Part shown: piece by piece, positions 63,636 through 64,000 of the stretch
How the letters are laid out: every line of letters starts with the position of its first letter
Position numbering within the stretch: the first letter of the stretch is position 1
The notes under the pieces: model-generated
Seen by the model: only the letters and a program-made list of their open reading frames with translations
Database searches by the model: none
What the model was told of the DNA's origin: nothing
Origin: a virus
Length of the DNA stretch: 64,000 nucleotides
Reading direction: 5' to 3' (one strand)
Virus record (IMG/VR): IMGVR_UViG_3300005253_000186
Coordinates: 20,458-84,457 of that record
Program-made: the position numbers and the translations under genes

Positions 63636-64000
63636 TGGCCGTTGCAATCGTTTACTCATCGTTCAGCCTGCACGAAGCAGGGAAATCTGCCAGTGATGCT
63701 TCCCGTGATTCTGTAGTCGCAGACAATCGTGGGAGCACCAATACTGGTGTGAAGACCTTCACGGACCCCAACAGGGACTTCGACGCCGAGGGCATCGACA
63801 GCACCTTCCGGCTTGAGATCCTGGAAGGGGTGGATGCAGGGGATGTTGGCGTCGTCTCCGTGTCAACAGACACGATCACGACGGATGCGGGCAGCAACTT
63901 CACTGGATCAGACGGTGTTCTCTACCGGCTCTACAAGCCGCCGAGCGCCACCGAGATCCTCACCGATCAGACTAAGCGTGGGCGCGGGATTGCTGGATAC
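63635..64000 (+). CDS. structural protein (partial, runs off window)
   Basis: TAATG coupling; open frame MAVAIVYSS... to window edge. Confidence 0.6.
   Translation, partial: MAVAIVYSSFSLHEAGKSASDASRDSVVADNRGSTNTGVKTFTDPNRDFDAEGIDSTFRLEILEGVDAGDVGVVSVSTDTITTDAGSNFTGSDGVLYRLYKPPSATEILTDQTKRGRGIAGY

Overview
This window looks like part of a large tailed-phage (myovirus/jumbo-like) genome. The left ~48 kb is almost all on the minus strand. It carries small early/accessory genes (NADAR, Lar-like, dUTPase, AAA ATPase, P-loop kinase, Nudix, three HNH nucleases), 35 tRNA genes covering all 20 amino acids, a tmRNA, several tRNA-like or structured ncRNAs, and four tandem arrays of short paralogous proteins. 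From 48.4 kb a divergent plus-strand virion operon encodes a prohead protease, major capsid protein, head-completion proteins and many small basic proteins sharing an xIEK[LIV]A leader. The most striking feature is at 38.7-42.9 kb. A conserved phage gene is followed directly by a 1.77-kb non-coding array of 30 GGCTGG-delimited units built from GGY-NN pentamers (21 of 29 spacings are exactly 5n+3 nt), and then by two RAMP/Cas7-like paralogues. This is a candidate RNA-guided, non-CRISPR system resembling the recently reported VIPR type (named from memory, not verified). Other highlights: ~28 small proteins share one [ST][LIF]Gxx[IL]xx[FL] helix; six ncRNAs share an AU-bulged helix, two of them grafted into tRNA anticodon arms; and two codon-diverse leader-peptide attenuators sit in front of tRNA clusters. 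All protein calls come from motif recognition by eye; no database searches were run.
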